DNA of 64,000 nt, taken from positions 2,074,986-2,138,985 of the forward strand of contig CAVQXP010000004.1 in assembly GCA_963717935.1 (NCBI GenBank), written 5' to 3'. Positions 1-9,030 of the stretch are shown piece by piece. The notes beneath the pieces are model-generated. The model made no database searches, was not told the DNA's origin, and worked only from the letters and a program-made list of their open reading frames with translations. Origin of the DNA: Candidatus Eiseniibacteriota bacterium (lineage in GTDB: Bacteria; Eisenbacteria; RBG-16-71-46). The first letter of the stretch is position 1, and each line of letters opens with the position of its first letter. The position numbers were made by a program, and so were the translations under genes.

Positions 1-1
1 C

Positions 2-187
2 GGCGGCGGGTACGTGACCACGATCGTCCGCGGCGACGTGGCCGCGGTGCGCGCGGCCACCGAGGCCGGCTCGGCGGCGGCGGCCAAGGTGGGAGAGGTG
101 GTCTCGGTCCACGTCATCCCGCGCCCGCACGCGATGCTCGAGGACGTGCTGCCCATCCGGCGGCCCGAGAGCAGCGGCAAGAAGTAG
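2..187 (+). CDS. BMC hexamer shell protein (EutM/PduA/CcmK family), 5'-truncated by window edge
   Basis: Manual translation: [43 protein letters not shown]...KK*; RGDVAAV and HVIPRPH are BMC-H signatures. Not in the ORF track. Confidence 0.93.
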   Translation, partial: GGGYVTTIVRGDVAAVRAATEAGSAAAAKVGEVVSVHVIPRPHAMLEDVLPIRRPESSGKK

Positions 188-189
188 CG

Positions 190-495
190 ATGATCCTGGC
201 GCGCGTGCAGGGCACCGTGGTCTCGACGCGCAAGGACCACGGGTTGCTGGGCCTGAAGCTCCTTCTCGTCCGCGAGGTGGACGGGCAGTTCAAGCCCGCC
301 GGCAGCCATGTCGTGGCCGCCGACGCGGTGGGCGCGGGTGAGGGCGAGATCGTCATGGTCGCCGCGGGCTCCTCGGCGCGCCTCACCGAGGTCTCCCGCG
401 ACAAGCCGGTGGATGCGGTCATCGTCGGGATCGTGGATGCCGTCGAGGTGGCCGGGAAGGACGTCTACCTCAAGAGCTCCGGCGTGGCGGGCTGA
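190..495 (+). CDS. BMC vertex pentamer (EutN/CcmL family) #1
   Basis: MILARVQGTVVSTRK...VAADAVGAGEGEIV...GSSAR...PVDAVIVGIVD. Confidence 0.93.
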   Translation: MILARVQGTVVSTRKDHGLLGLKLLLVREVDGQFKPAGSHVVAADAVGAGEGEIVMVAAGSSARLTEVSRDKPVDAVIVGIVDAVEVAGKDVYLKSSGVAG

Positions 496-505
496 GGCGC
501 TTCCC

Positions 506-1943
506 ATGGCGCTCGACGAGCAGCGGATCGCCTCCATCGTGACCGAGGTGCTGGAGCGCCTCGAATCCGGGCAGCAGGCGTCCGGCGGGCCTGCGCCGGC
601 GGGAGGGCGGGGCGCGCTGCTGGGCGTGCATCCCGACCTCGACCGCGCGGTGGACGCCGCGCGCGCGGCCTTCACGGCCTACGACCGGACCCCGCTCGAG
701 ACCCGCCGCCGCATCATCGCCGCAGCGCGCGAGGCGCTCTCCTCCCAGTACGAGACGCTGGCCGCCCTGGCGGTCGAGGAGAGCGGCCTGGGACGGGTCG
801 AGGACAAGATCCAGAAGAACCGCCTGGTCACCGAGCGCACGCCGGGGACCGAGGACCTCGAGCCCGTCACCTGGACCGGCGACCACGGCCTGACGCTGAT
901 GGAGCGGGCACCCTACGGCGTGATCGCCGTCATCACGCCCGTCACGAATCCCAGCGAGACCATCATCAACAATGGCCTTTCGATGATCGCGGGCGGCAAT
1001 ACCGCGGTCTTCTGCCCGCACCCGTCCGCCCGCAAGGTCTCGATGCCTCACGATCGACCTGATCAATCGAGCGGCCCTGAGCGCGGGGGCCCCGTTGCCG
1101 CTGCTGCACACGGTGGAGCAGCCCAGCATCGAGGTCGCGAAGGCGCTGCTCAACTACCAGGGCATCCGCCTGAACGTCGTGACCGGGGGGCCCGGGGTGG
1201 TCAAGGAGGCGCTCGCGGCCGGCAAGAAGGCCATCACCGCCGGGCCCGGCAACCCGCCCGCCGTGGTGGACGAGACCGCCGACCTCGAGCGGGCTGCGCG
1301 CGATCTCGTGGCCGGGGCGTCCTTCGACAACAACATCATCTGCACCGACGAGAAGGAGGTCGTGGCGGTCGCGCTGATCGCGGACGGGCTCAAGGAGGCG
1401 TTCGCGCGCGCCGGGGCGGTCGTACTGCCGCCGCACCAGACCGAGAAGCTGCGACGGCTGCTGCTCGAGAAGGAGCACGGTCCGCGCCACCACGCCGAGA
1501 TCAACCGCCGCTACGTCGGCAAGGACGCGGGGCTCATCCTGCGCGACGCGGGGATCCCGTGCGACCCTCGCGCCCGCCTGGCCGTGTGCGAGGTGGAGGC
1601 GGACCATCCCTTCCTCTGGACCGAGATGATGATGCCCGTCCTGCCTCTGACGCGCGCGCGAACCGTCGACGAGGCCATCGAATTCGCCCTGCTCGTGGAG
1701 CAGGGCTATCGCCACACCGCCTCCATGCACTCGCGCAACATCGAAAAGCTCTCGAAGATGGCGCGGCAGTGCGATTGCTCGATCTTCGTGAAGAACGGCC
1801 CCAACTACGCCGGCCTCGGCTTCGGCGGTGAGGGGCCCACGAGCTTCACGATCGCGAGTCCCACGGGAGAGGGCATGACCACCGCACGCAGCTTCACCCG
1901 GGTGCGCCGCTGCACCCTGGTGGACCATTTCCGGATCGTCTGA
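506..1943 (+). CDS. CoA-acylating aldehyde dehydrogenase (EutE/PduP family) with N-terminal encapsulation peptide; one +1 frameshift near 1047
   Basis: N-half (EESGLGRVEDK, ITPVTNPSET) is in the 308 frame; C-half (TGGPGVV, AGPGNPP, SFDNNIICTDEK catalytic Cys, FTRVRRC) is in the 1095 frame. Removing one C in 'atgcctcacg' joins them. Confidence 0.9.
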
Positions 1944-2491
1944 TGCACGTCGCCATCGCCGCCGTCGAGACCAGCAGCATCGCCCAGGGAACGGTCGCGG
2001 CTGACGCCATCCTGAAGACCGCCGAAGTGGAGATCCTCGAGCTCGGGCCGCTCTCGCCGGGGAAGTTCTGGATCCTGATCGGCGGGGAGGTCGCGACCGT
2101 CCGGGCCTCCTTCCAACGCGGCCTCGAGGTCGCGGGCGAGACCCTGCTCGACTCGCTCTTCATCCCGCAGCTCCACGAGCTGGTGATCCCGGCCCTGAGG
2201 GGCACGTGTCCACCCCGGGACCATGACGCCCTGGGCGTCATCGAGACCCTGACGGCCGCCTCCGCCATCGTCGCGGCCGACCGTGCCGCCAAGGCGGCCG
2301 AGGTCGTGCTGCGCGACCTCAGACTCTCGAACGGCCTCGGAGGCAAGGGCGTGCTGTGGTTGAGCGGGGCGGTGGGCGACGTCCAGGCCGCCGTCGAGGC
2401 CGGGCGGGCGGAGGCGCTCCAGAAGGGCCTGCTGGCCCGCTCGGTCGTGATCCCCAGGCTGCATCCGCAGCTGAAGGCGAGGCTCTTCTAG
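1943..2491 (+). CDS. BMC tandem-domain shell protein (BMC-T, PduT-like)
   Basis: Two BMC repeats: ETSSIAQG..ADAILK..SPGKF..GEVATV and GVIET..AADRAAKAA..GLGGKG..GAVGDV..VIPRLH. Confidence 0.88.
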   Translation: MHVAIAAVETSSIAQGTVAADAILKTAEVEILELGPLSPGKFWILIGGEVATVRASFQRGLEVAGETLLDSLFIPQLHELVIPALRGTCPPRDHDALGVIETLTAASAIVAADRAAKAAEVVLRDLRLSNGLGGKGVLWLSGAVGDVQAAVEAGRAEALQKGLLARSVVIPRLHPQLKARLF

Positions 2492-2781
2492 TGTTCTTCG
2501 CGCGCGTCGTCGGGACCGTGGTCTGCTCGACGCGCGTCCCCGCCTGGACCGGCCAGCGCACGCTGCTGCTGCAGCCCACCGATCCCGAGGGCAATGACCA
2601 GGGCCGCTGGGTGGTGGCGGTGGACCTGGTGTCCGCGGCGCAGGGCCAGCGGGTCTTCTACGTTCGCGGACGCGAGGCCGCGAACGCACTCGCGGACCCG
2701 GACAACCCGGCCGACGCCGCCATCGTGGGCATCGTGGACGAGGTCCGGGCGCGCGCCTGGACCACCCCCGGAGATGCTTGA
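2491..2781 (+). CDS. BMC vertex pentamer (EutN/CcmL family) #2
   Basis: GTG overlaps upstream TAG; MFFARVVGTVVCSTR...AVDLVSAAQGQRV...GREAA...PADAAIVGIVD. Confidence 0.88.
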   Translation: MFFARVVGTVVCSTRVPAWTGQRTLLLQPTDPEGNDQGRWVVAVDLVSAAQGQRVFYVRGREAANALADPDNPADAAIVGIVDEVRARAWTTPGDA

Positions 2782-3062
2782 TGTTCCTGGCCCGCGTGAT
2801 CGGTGACGTGGTGGCCACCATCAAGCACGACCACCTTGCGGGGCAGAAGCTGCTCCTGGTCCAGCCGGTCACGCCCGCGGACGCACCCACGGGCAAGCCG
2901 GTCATCGCCGTGGACGCGGCGGACTCCGGTCCGGGCGACCTGGTGCTGGTCGCCGATGAAGGAAACATGGCCGCCCAGGTGCTGCGGCGCTCGCGCGGGC
3001 CGATCCGGACGGTGATCGTGGGGGTGGTGGACAGGGTGGAGGTCGGGGACACGGCCGGGTAG
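2781..3062 (+). CDS. BMC vertex pentamer (EutN/CcmL family) #3
   Basis: MFLARVIGDVVATIK...AVDAADSGPGDLVLVADEG...PIRTVIVGVVD. Confidence 0.9.
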   Translation: MFLARVIGDVVATIKHDHLAGQKLLLVQPVTPADAPTGKPVIAVDAADSGPGDLVLVADEGNMAAQVLRRSRGPIRTVIVGVVDRVEVGDTAG

Positions 3063-3154
3063 GTCCGGGGGTCCCCGGGCCGTCCGGCGAGGAAAGGGCT
3101 GCGCAAATCGCCCTGTTAGTGTAGATTACGCGCGTCCGGCGCCGAGAGGCGAGC

Positions 3155-3361
3155 GTGCCGATCCACGAACTCCGCTGGAGGGCATGCGCGCATCGCTGCA
3201 AGGCTCTGCTGAAGCGCAGGGACGAGGCCGCCCCGAAGTGTCCGAAGTGCGGGGCGTCGCAGTCGGAGAAGTCGCTGTCCGCGTTCGTCATGACCGGAGG
3301 GGGCCGCCAGGCCTCGCCGGTGGTGTGCGCTTCTGCGGACCGCGCATGTCGCAGACACTAG
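3155..3361 (+). CDS. FmdB-family zinc-ribbon protein, first CxxC degenerate
   Basis: MPIHELRWRACAHRCKALL...CPKCG...KSLSAF resembles MPIYEYxCxxCGHxFE...CPxCG...LS. Confidence 0.6.
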   Translation: MPIHELRWRACAHRCKALLKRRDEAAPKCPKCGASQSEKSLSAFVMTGGGRQASPVVCASADRACRRH

Positions 3362-3443
3362 CCGCCGGGAGAAGTGGCGCCCGGCGGGCAGGGAACCTGT
3401 CGACCCCGGTCGATGGGACGGGCAGGCACACGGAGGACCAGCC

Positions 3444-3752
3444 ATGACCAAGGCGGACCTGGTGGAAGAGATCGCGGCGCAGACCGGGATCTCGCGCAAC
3501 CAAACCGCGGTCATCGTGGATCAACTGCTGGACGCGATGTCCCGGGCACTGAGCGAGGGCAGGCATCTCGAGATCCGTGGCTTCGGCACGTTCAAGGTGC
3601 GCGAGCGCCGCGCGCGGCGGGCCCGGAACCCACGCAGCGGCTCCGAGGTCATGGTACCCGCGAAGCTCGTGCCGGTGTTCAAGCCGAGCAAGGAGCTCAA
3701 GGCCGTGGTGCTGGGAGAGGTCGCCGAAGTCGCCGAGCCCGTACTGAGCTGA
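3444..3752 (+). CDS. HU/IHF family DNA-binding protein
   Basis: MTKADLVEEIA...EIRGFGTFKVRERRARRARNPRSG...VPVFKPSKELK; GGAGG RBS. Confidence 0.95.
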   Translation: MTKADLVEEIAAQTGISRNQTAVIVDQLLDAMSRALSEGRHLEIRGFGTFKVRERRARRARNPRSGSEVMVPAKLVPVFKPSKELKAVVLGEVAEVAEPVLS

Positions 3753-3801
3753 ATGACGCCGATCGCGGAATGCCATCGGGCAAGGGCATGGAGGATGAGG
3801 A

Positions 3802-3897
3802 ATGGGGTCAGGCAAGAAGCGCAAGCGTAAGAAGATCGCAACGCACAAGCGCAAGAAGCGGCTTCGCAAGAACCGGCACAAGAAGCGGATCCGTTAG
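3802..3897 (+). CDS. 31-aa basic protein, AURKAIP1/COX24 (bS22/mS38-like) family
   Basis: Manual translation: MGSGKKRKRKKIATHKRKKRLRKNRHKKRIR*; purine-rich GGAGG/GAGG upstream; below the ORF-track cutoff. Confidence 0.85.
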   Translation: MGSGKKRKRKKIATHKRKKRLRKNRHKKRIR

Positions 3898-3940
3898 CCC
3901 CGCGGAGTCGCCCGCCAGACGCCTGATCGGCCGCGCGTAT

Positions 3941-5668
3941 GTGACGCGCGGCCGCTGGGTGTTCGACCCGGCACGGCGCTGGCGGGGGGGCCGCAGGGAG
4001 TTGGTGTGGCGCGGCGAGCACGAGCCGCTCGACGGCGACTGGTGCATCGCGGAGGTACCCGACGAGGGCCCGGCTTCCCTTGTCGAGGTCCTCGGGGCGG
4101 ATGACCGTCCGGAGTGGGACGACGCGGGTGTCGCCTCGCAGTTCCGGCTGCGCACCCGGTTCCCTGGGGCCGTCGAGCGTGAGGTGCTGGGGCATCGCGA
4201 GCCCGGCGCCCGCGAGCGTCACGGGCGGCTCGACCTGCGTGAAGAACTGGTCTTCACGATCGATCCCGAGGACGCGCGTGACCACGACGACGCTCTCTCG
4301 GTTCGTCCGCTGGGGGAGGGCCGCTTCCTGATCGGCATCCACATCGCCGACGTCTCCCACTACGTGACCCCGGGCTCGGCCGTCGACCACGAGGCCCGGG
4401 CGCGGGGCACGAGTTGTTACCTGCCCGGCGGGGTCGTCCCGATGCTCCCCGAGGCCCTCTCAGGCGACCTGTGCTCACTGCGCCCGGACCGCGACCGGCT
4501 CGCCCTGTCGGCCCTCGCCGAAGTCGACCTGGAAGGACGCCTCCTCGGCTGCAGGTTTGCCGAAACCGTGGTGCGCAGCCGCCACCGGCTGCACTACGGC
4601 GAGGTCCAGGCGGCGCTCGACCACCGGGAGGCCGCGGACCCACCCCTCCAGCAGGCGCTGCGGACGCTCCTTCAACTCGCCCGGGCGCTGCGACGCCGGC
4701 GCGTCGCGGCAGGGACCCTCGAACTGGACGTGCCCGAGGTCAAGGCCTGGGTGGATGAGCGCGGAGCACCCTGGAAGGTCGAGCGCCGCCCCCACTTCGA
4801 GAGCCACGAGCTGGTCGAGGAGTTCATGCTCCTCGCCAACCGCTGCGTCGGGCAGGAGGGCGCCAGACGTAAGGCTGGGCTCCTCTACCGTGTGCACGAG
4901 CCGCCCTCGCCGCTGAAGCTGGAAGCGCTGGACTCGATGCTCGGGACGCTGGGCCTGCCCCGCCTCGCCGTCCCCGGACCCGGGCGACGCGCCGGCGCGT
5001 TCACCGACCCGGCCAAGCCCCTGCAGGCCCTGCTGCGCGCCTCGCTCGACCCTCCGCGGCGCCGGCTCCTGCACCGGCTGGTGCTCCGCTCGCTGCCGCG
5101 CGCGCGCTACCTCGAGCGGGACCTTGGCCACTTCGGGCTGGCGGCCCGCGACTACTGCCACTTCACCTCGCCCATCCGGCGATACCCCGACCTTCACAAC
5201 CACCGTCGCGTGCGCGAGTGGATCCAGTCCCGGCCCGACCAGGCCTGGGATCCGGTCGCACTCGAAGCACTCGCCCAGGGCTGCAGCGCCACGGAGCAGG
5301 CCGCCACCGACGCCGAGCGCGAGGCCACGCGCGTCAAGGGCCTCCGCTTCATCGAGGGGCGACTTGGGGACCGGGGTTCGGGTATAGTGACCGGCCTGGT
5401 GCCTCAGGGGTTCTTCGTCGAGTTGGACGATGTCCCCGTGGAAGGTTTCGTGCGTGTGTCGCTGTACCTCGAGGACCAGTTCACGCTCGATCGGACCGGG
5501 GTCCGCATGGTGGGACGCCGGACGCGACGTCGCTTCTCTCTCGGCGACGCCGTCCAGGTCATCATCGCCCGGGTGGACGTACCGGCGCGCGAGTGCGACC
5601 TCGCGCTGGAAGAGCCGAGACGGCGCGGTGCGCGCAAGCGGGGCCGCAGCCGCGGTGGGAGGATTTGA
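3941..5668 (+). CDS. rnr: RNase R / RNase II family exoribonuclease (short N-terminus; start approximate)
   Basis: TIDPEDARDHDDA catalytic motif, IHIADVSHYV, LVEEFMLLAN, GHFGL..YCHFTSPIRRYPDL, S1 domain, basic tail. Confidence 0.88.
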   Translation: MTRGRWVFDPARRWRGGRRELVWRGEHEPLDGDWCIAEVPDEGPASLVEVLGADDRPEWDDAGVASQFRLRTRFPGAVEREVLGHREPGARERHGRLDLREELVFTIDPEDARDHDDALSVRPLGEGRFLIGIHIADVSHYVTPGSAVDHEARARGTSCYLPGGVVPMLPEALSGDLCSLRPDRDRLALSALAEVDLEGRLLGCRFAETVVRSRHRLHYGEVQAALDHREAADPPLQQALRTLLQLARALRRRRVAAGTLELDVPEVKAWVDERGAPWKVERRPHFESHELVEEFMLLANRCVGQEGARRKAGLLYRVHEPPSPLKLEALDSMLGTLGLPRLAVPGPGRRAGAFTDPAKPLQALLRASLDPPRRRLLHRLVLRSLPRARYLERDLGHFGLAARDYCHFTSPIRRYPDLHNHRRVREWIQSRPDQAWDPVALEALAQGCSATEQAATDAEREATRVKGLRFIEGRLGDRGSGIVTGLVPQGFFVELDDVPVEGFVRVSLYLEDQFTLDRTGVRMVGRRTRRRFSLGDAVQVIIARVDVPARECDLALEEPRRRGARKRGRSRGGRI

Positions 5669-6204
5669 TGCCGCAGAAGCGCAGGACCCGCAGGAGAGAG
5701 CGGCGCGCGACAGCGCGCGTGGACGCCCGCCTCAGCATGAGACTCAAGGGCGCGCGCGCGGACGGCGACCTCACGCAGGTCGTGACGGAAAGCCAGAACA
5801 TCTCCGCGAGCGGGGTCTATTGCCTCTCGCCGCATTACCTCGCCCCACTTTCGAAGGTGAACCTGGCCATCGTGCTGCCGCGCCTGCCGGGAGGCCGCGG
5901 CACCAAGGACATCATCAGCTGCGAGGGCATCGTGGTGCGCTGCGACGCCTGCGTCCGCCGGACCGAGGGCCAGTATCAGTTGGCCTGCATGTTCACCGAG
6001 CTCGATTCGCAGCGCCGCCAGCGCATCGAGGAGTTCGTGACCTGGCGGAACCTGCAGGCGCTGCGCGCCGCGACCGGCGGCAGCGGCAGGACGGCCGCGC
6101 GCGCCCGCGTCGCGGCCACGAAGGCCACGAAGACCACGGCGGCCCGCAGTGCCCGCGCGGGCGTCCGGCGCGCGGCCCCCGGCCGGCGCGAGACCACTCA
6201 CTGA
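5668..6204 (+). CDS. PilZ-domain protein (putative c-di-GMP receptor) with Ala/Arg/Lys-rich tail
   Basis: ERRATAR (RxxxR) and NISASG (D/NxSxxG) motifs; ATG overlaps the rnr stop. Confidence 0.8.
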   Translation: MPQKRRTRRRERRATARVDARLSMRLKGARADGDLTQVVTESQNISASGVYCLSPHYLAPLSKVNLAIVLPRLPGGRGTKDIISCEGIVVRCDACVRRTEGQYQLACMFTELDSQRRQRIEEFVTWRNLQALRAATGGSGRTAARARVAATKATKTTAARSARAGVRRAAPGRRETTH

Positions 6205-6239
6205 GCGGGCCCGCCCCGCGGGCTCCCTCGCAGACGACC

Positions 6240-7583
6240 TTGTCCCCGACGAGCCACCTCATCGTCAGTCCGGGTCCGCCGCTGGCGGGTCACGTGCGGC
6301 CTCCCGGTGACAAGTCCATCACACATCGGGCCTACCTCCTTGCCCTGCTGGCCGAAGGGGACACGCTGGTCCGGAGCCCGAATCCCGGCGACGACTGCCG
6401 TGCCACGCTCCGCTGCGTCGAATCGCTGGGCGCCGGCGTGCAGGCGGGGGAGGACGCCGTGCGAGTGCACGGCACCGGCGGGCGGCTGCGGAGGCCGGAC
6501 GGGGTCCTGGATTGCGGCAACTCGGGCACCACGCTGCGGCTGCTCGCGGGCGTGCTGGCGGCGCAGCCGTTCGAGGCCACGCTCACGGGAGACGCGTCGC
6601 TCCGCCGCCGCCCCGTGCACCGGCTGATCGCGCCGCTGCGCCAGATGGGCGCTTCGCTCCGCGCGCAGGATGGCGATCGCCATCCACCCTTGATCGTGTG
6701 CGGCGGCCGCCTGCGGGGGCTCACGCTCGCCGAACCGACACCGAGCGCCCAGGTCGCCAGCGCACTCCTGCTCGCCGGCGTGCAGGCTCACGGCGCGACC
6801 ACGGTCCTGACGTCCCGCGGGGTGCGCGATCACATCGTGGGCATGCTGGGCGACTTCGGGGCCCCGGTCGAAGCGCAGCGGACGGACGGCAGCCCCATGC
6901 GGATCTCCGTGGAGGGACCGGCACGCCTGCGAGGCTGCTCCGTGAGCGTGCCCGGGGACTTCTCCGCGGCGGCGTTCTTCTTCGCGGCAGCCGCCGCCTG
7001 TCCGGGCGCCCGGGTCAGCGCGGCCGGTGTGGGGCTGAACCCGTCGCGCATCGGGCTGCTGGACCGGCTGTCGCAGATGGGGGCGGGCGTGCAGGTGGCC
7101 TCCGTCTGCACCGCGAACTCGGAGCCCGTGGGGGACGTCACCGTGACGGGCGCGGACGTGTTGCGTCCCGGCGACATCCCGCCCGCGCAGGTGATAGGAC
7201 TCCTCGACGAGATCCCGGCCTGGGCCGTCGCGGCGAGCGCGGCCCCCGGCACCTCGCGGCTGCGCGGCGCCGCCGAACTGCGGGACAAGGAGAGCGACCG
7301 GCTCCGCGCGCTGGCCGAGGGACTGCGCAGCCTCGGCGTGCAGGTCGAGGAGACCCCGGACGGGCTCGACATCCACGGCGGCCCCGTGACCGGAGGTACG
7401 GTGCGCTCCCACGGCGATCACCGCATCGCCATGGCCTTCGCGGTGATCGGCACCCGCGCCACGGGTCCGGTCACCGTGGATGAGGCCTCCTCCATCGCCA
7501 CGTCGTATCCGGGGTTCGCCGATGACCTACGCTCGCTGGGCGGCCGGGTCGACGGGACCTGGTTCCGCCGGGAGGAGACATGA
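6240..7583 (+). CDS. aroA: 3-phosphoshikimate 1-carboxyvinyltransferase
   Basis: PGDKSITHRA, LDCGNSGTTLRLL, GDASLRRRP, SAQV, ELRDKESDRL, GDHRIAMAF; TTG start inferred. Confidence 0.95.
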   Translation: MSPTSHLIVSPGPPLAGHVRPPGDKSITHRAYLLALLAEGDTLVRSPNPGDDCRATLRCVESLGAGVQAGEDAVRVHGTGGRLRRPDGVLDCGNSGTTLRLLAGVLAAQPFEATLTGDASLRRRPVHRLIAPLRQMGASLRAQDGDRHPPLIVCGGRLRGLTLAEPTPSAQVASALLLAGVQAHGATTVLTSRGVRDHIVGMLGDFGAPVEAQRTDGSPMRISVEGPARLRGCSVSVPGDFSAAAFFFAAAAACPGARVSAAGVGLNPSRIGLLDRLSQMGAGVQVASVCTANSEPVGDVTVTGADVLRPGDIPPAQVIGLLDEIPAWAVAASAAPGTSRLRGAAELRDKESDRLRALAEGLRSLGVQVEETPDGLDIHGGPVTGGTVRSHGDHRIAMAFAVIGTRATGPVTVDEASSIATSYPGFADDLRSLGGRVDGTWFRREET

Positions 7584-8342
7584 GGTTCGTCGTCACGATC
7601 GACGGTCCATCGGCCGCCGGCAAGAGCACGGTCGCACGCGAGGTGGCGGTGCGTCTGGGGCTCCTGTACGTGGACACCGGCGCCCTGTACCGGGCGCTCG
7701 CGCTGAAGCTCCGGCGGCAGGGCGGCTCTCCGGACCAGGCGGACCAGGTGGAGCGGATGCTGGCGGACACGGTCCTCGACCTCTCGGGCTCGCCCGAGCA
7801 GCCACACGTCTGGCTGGACGGCGAGGACGTGAGCGGGCTGATTCGCACCCCGGAGGTGAGCGAGCTCTCCTCGCGGCTGGCCGCGCTGCCGACGGTGAGG
7901 CGACGGCTCGTCCAGATCCAGCGGGCCCTGCGCGAGCGCGGCCCCCTGGTGGGCGAGGGGACGGGATCTCGGAACCGTGGTGTTCCCGGACGCCGAGGTG
8001 AAGATCTACCTCGACGCCGACGCGCTCACCCGGGCCGGGCGCCGGGCCCGGGAACTCGAGCAGCGGGGACTGCCCGTCGCGCTCGAGCAGGTGCTGGCGG
8101 AGATCGAGCGCCGCGACCAGCGCGACCGCACGCGCGCGGACAGCCCCCTGCGGCCGGCCGCGGGCGCGACCGTCATCGAGAGCAGCGGCAAGGACGTCGA
8201 AGCGGTGGTCCAGGAGGTCCTGCGGGTCGTGCTGGCCGGGCCTGGCTGCCCGCCGATGGCGCCCCGGTCAGGGACCTCCACGCGGCGCCCGCCGGGCGGC
8301 CCGACGGCCGCCCGGGCCCGGCCGGGCCGATTAGGAGTTTTC
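7580..8342 (+). CDS. cmk: Cytidylate kinase; +1 frameshift near 7961; the corrected frame has no stop before plsC
   Basis: IDGPSAAGKST, DTGALYRA; deleting one A restores EGRDLGTVVFPDAEVKIYL...RRDQRDRTRADSPL. Confidence 0.9.
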
Positions 8343-8990
8343 TTGTGCTGGCATTATAGTCTCGCAAAGGCTGTCGTCGGTGTCGCGTTGCGCGCGGCGA
8401 CCGGGTGGGAAGTGAGGGGGCGCGAGCAGATCCCGCGGTCCGGGGGGCTGGTCGTGGCCTCGAACCACATCTCCTTCTGGGACCCTCCGCTGATCGGCGC
8501 CGTCCTCCCCAGGGAAGTGCATTTCCTCGCCAAGGAAGAGCTGTTCTCGAATCCGGTCTTCGGCGCGCTGATCCGGAGCTACAACGCGATCCCGATCCGC
8601 CGCGGCATGGTGGACCTGAGCGGGATGGCCCGGGCGGTCGAGACGCTGCGCCGGGGCGAGGCGATGATGATGTTCCCGGAGGGGACCCGCATGCGGGACG
8701 GCAGGCTGCACCCGGCGCGGCCCGGGGTCGGCATGATGGCGGTGAACGCCGACGTGCCGATCGTGCCGTGCTACATCTCCGGCAGCAGCCGGCCTGGCCG
8801 GTGGCTGACGCGGAAGTCCAGGGTCCGTATCTCGTTCGGACCCGCTTGGAAGTGGCAGGAACTGGCCGGACCTGGGGCGGACCTCACGCCGGGACGCGCT
8901 CTCTACCAGCAGGTGGGGGACGCGGTCATGCGGGAGATCGCCCGCCTGAAGGCCGACCAGGAACCCATGGCATCACGCGGGGTGGTTTGA
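8343..8990 (+). CDS. plsC: 1-acyl-sn-glycerol-3-phosphate acyltransferase
   Basis: NHISFWDPP (HxxxxD), FLAKEELF, FPEGTR; AGGAG then TTG at 8343. Confidence 0.9.
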   Translation: MCWHYSLAKAVVGVALRAATGWEVRGREQIPRSGGLVVASNHISFWDPPLIGAVLPREVHFLAKEELFSNPVFGALIRSYNAIPIRRGMVDLSGMARAVETLRRGEAMMMFPEGTRMRDGRLHPARPGVGMMAVNADVPIVPCYISGSSRPGRWLTRKSRVRISFGPAWKWQELAGPGADLTPGRALYQQVGDAVMREIARLKADQEPMASRGVV

Positions 8991-9030
8991 ACCGCCCCCT
9001 ATCTTAATGTTCAAGGAGGTTCTCATTTCC

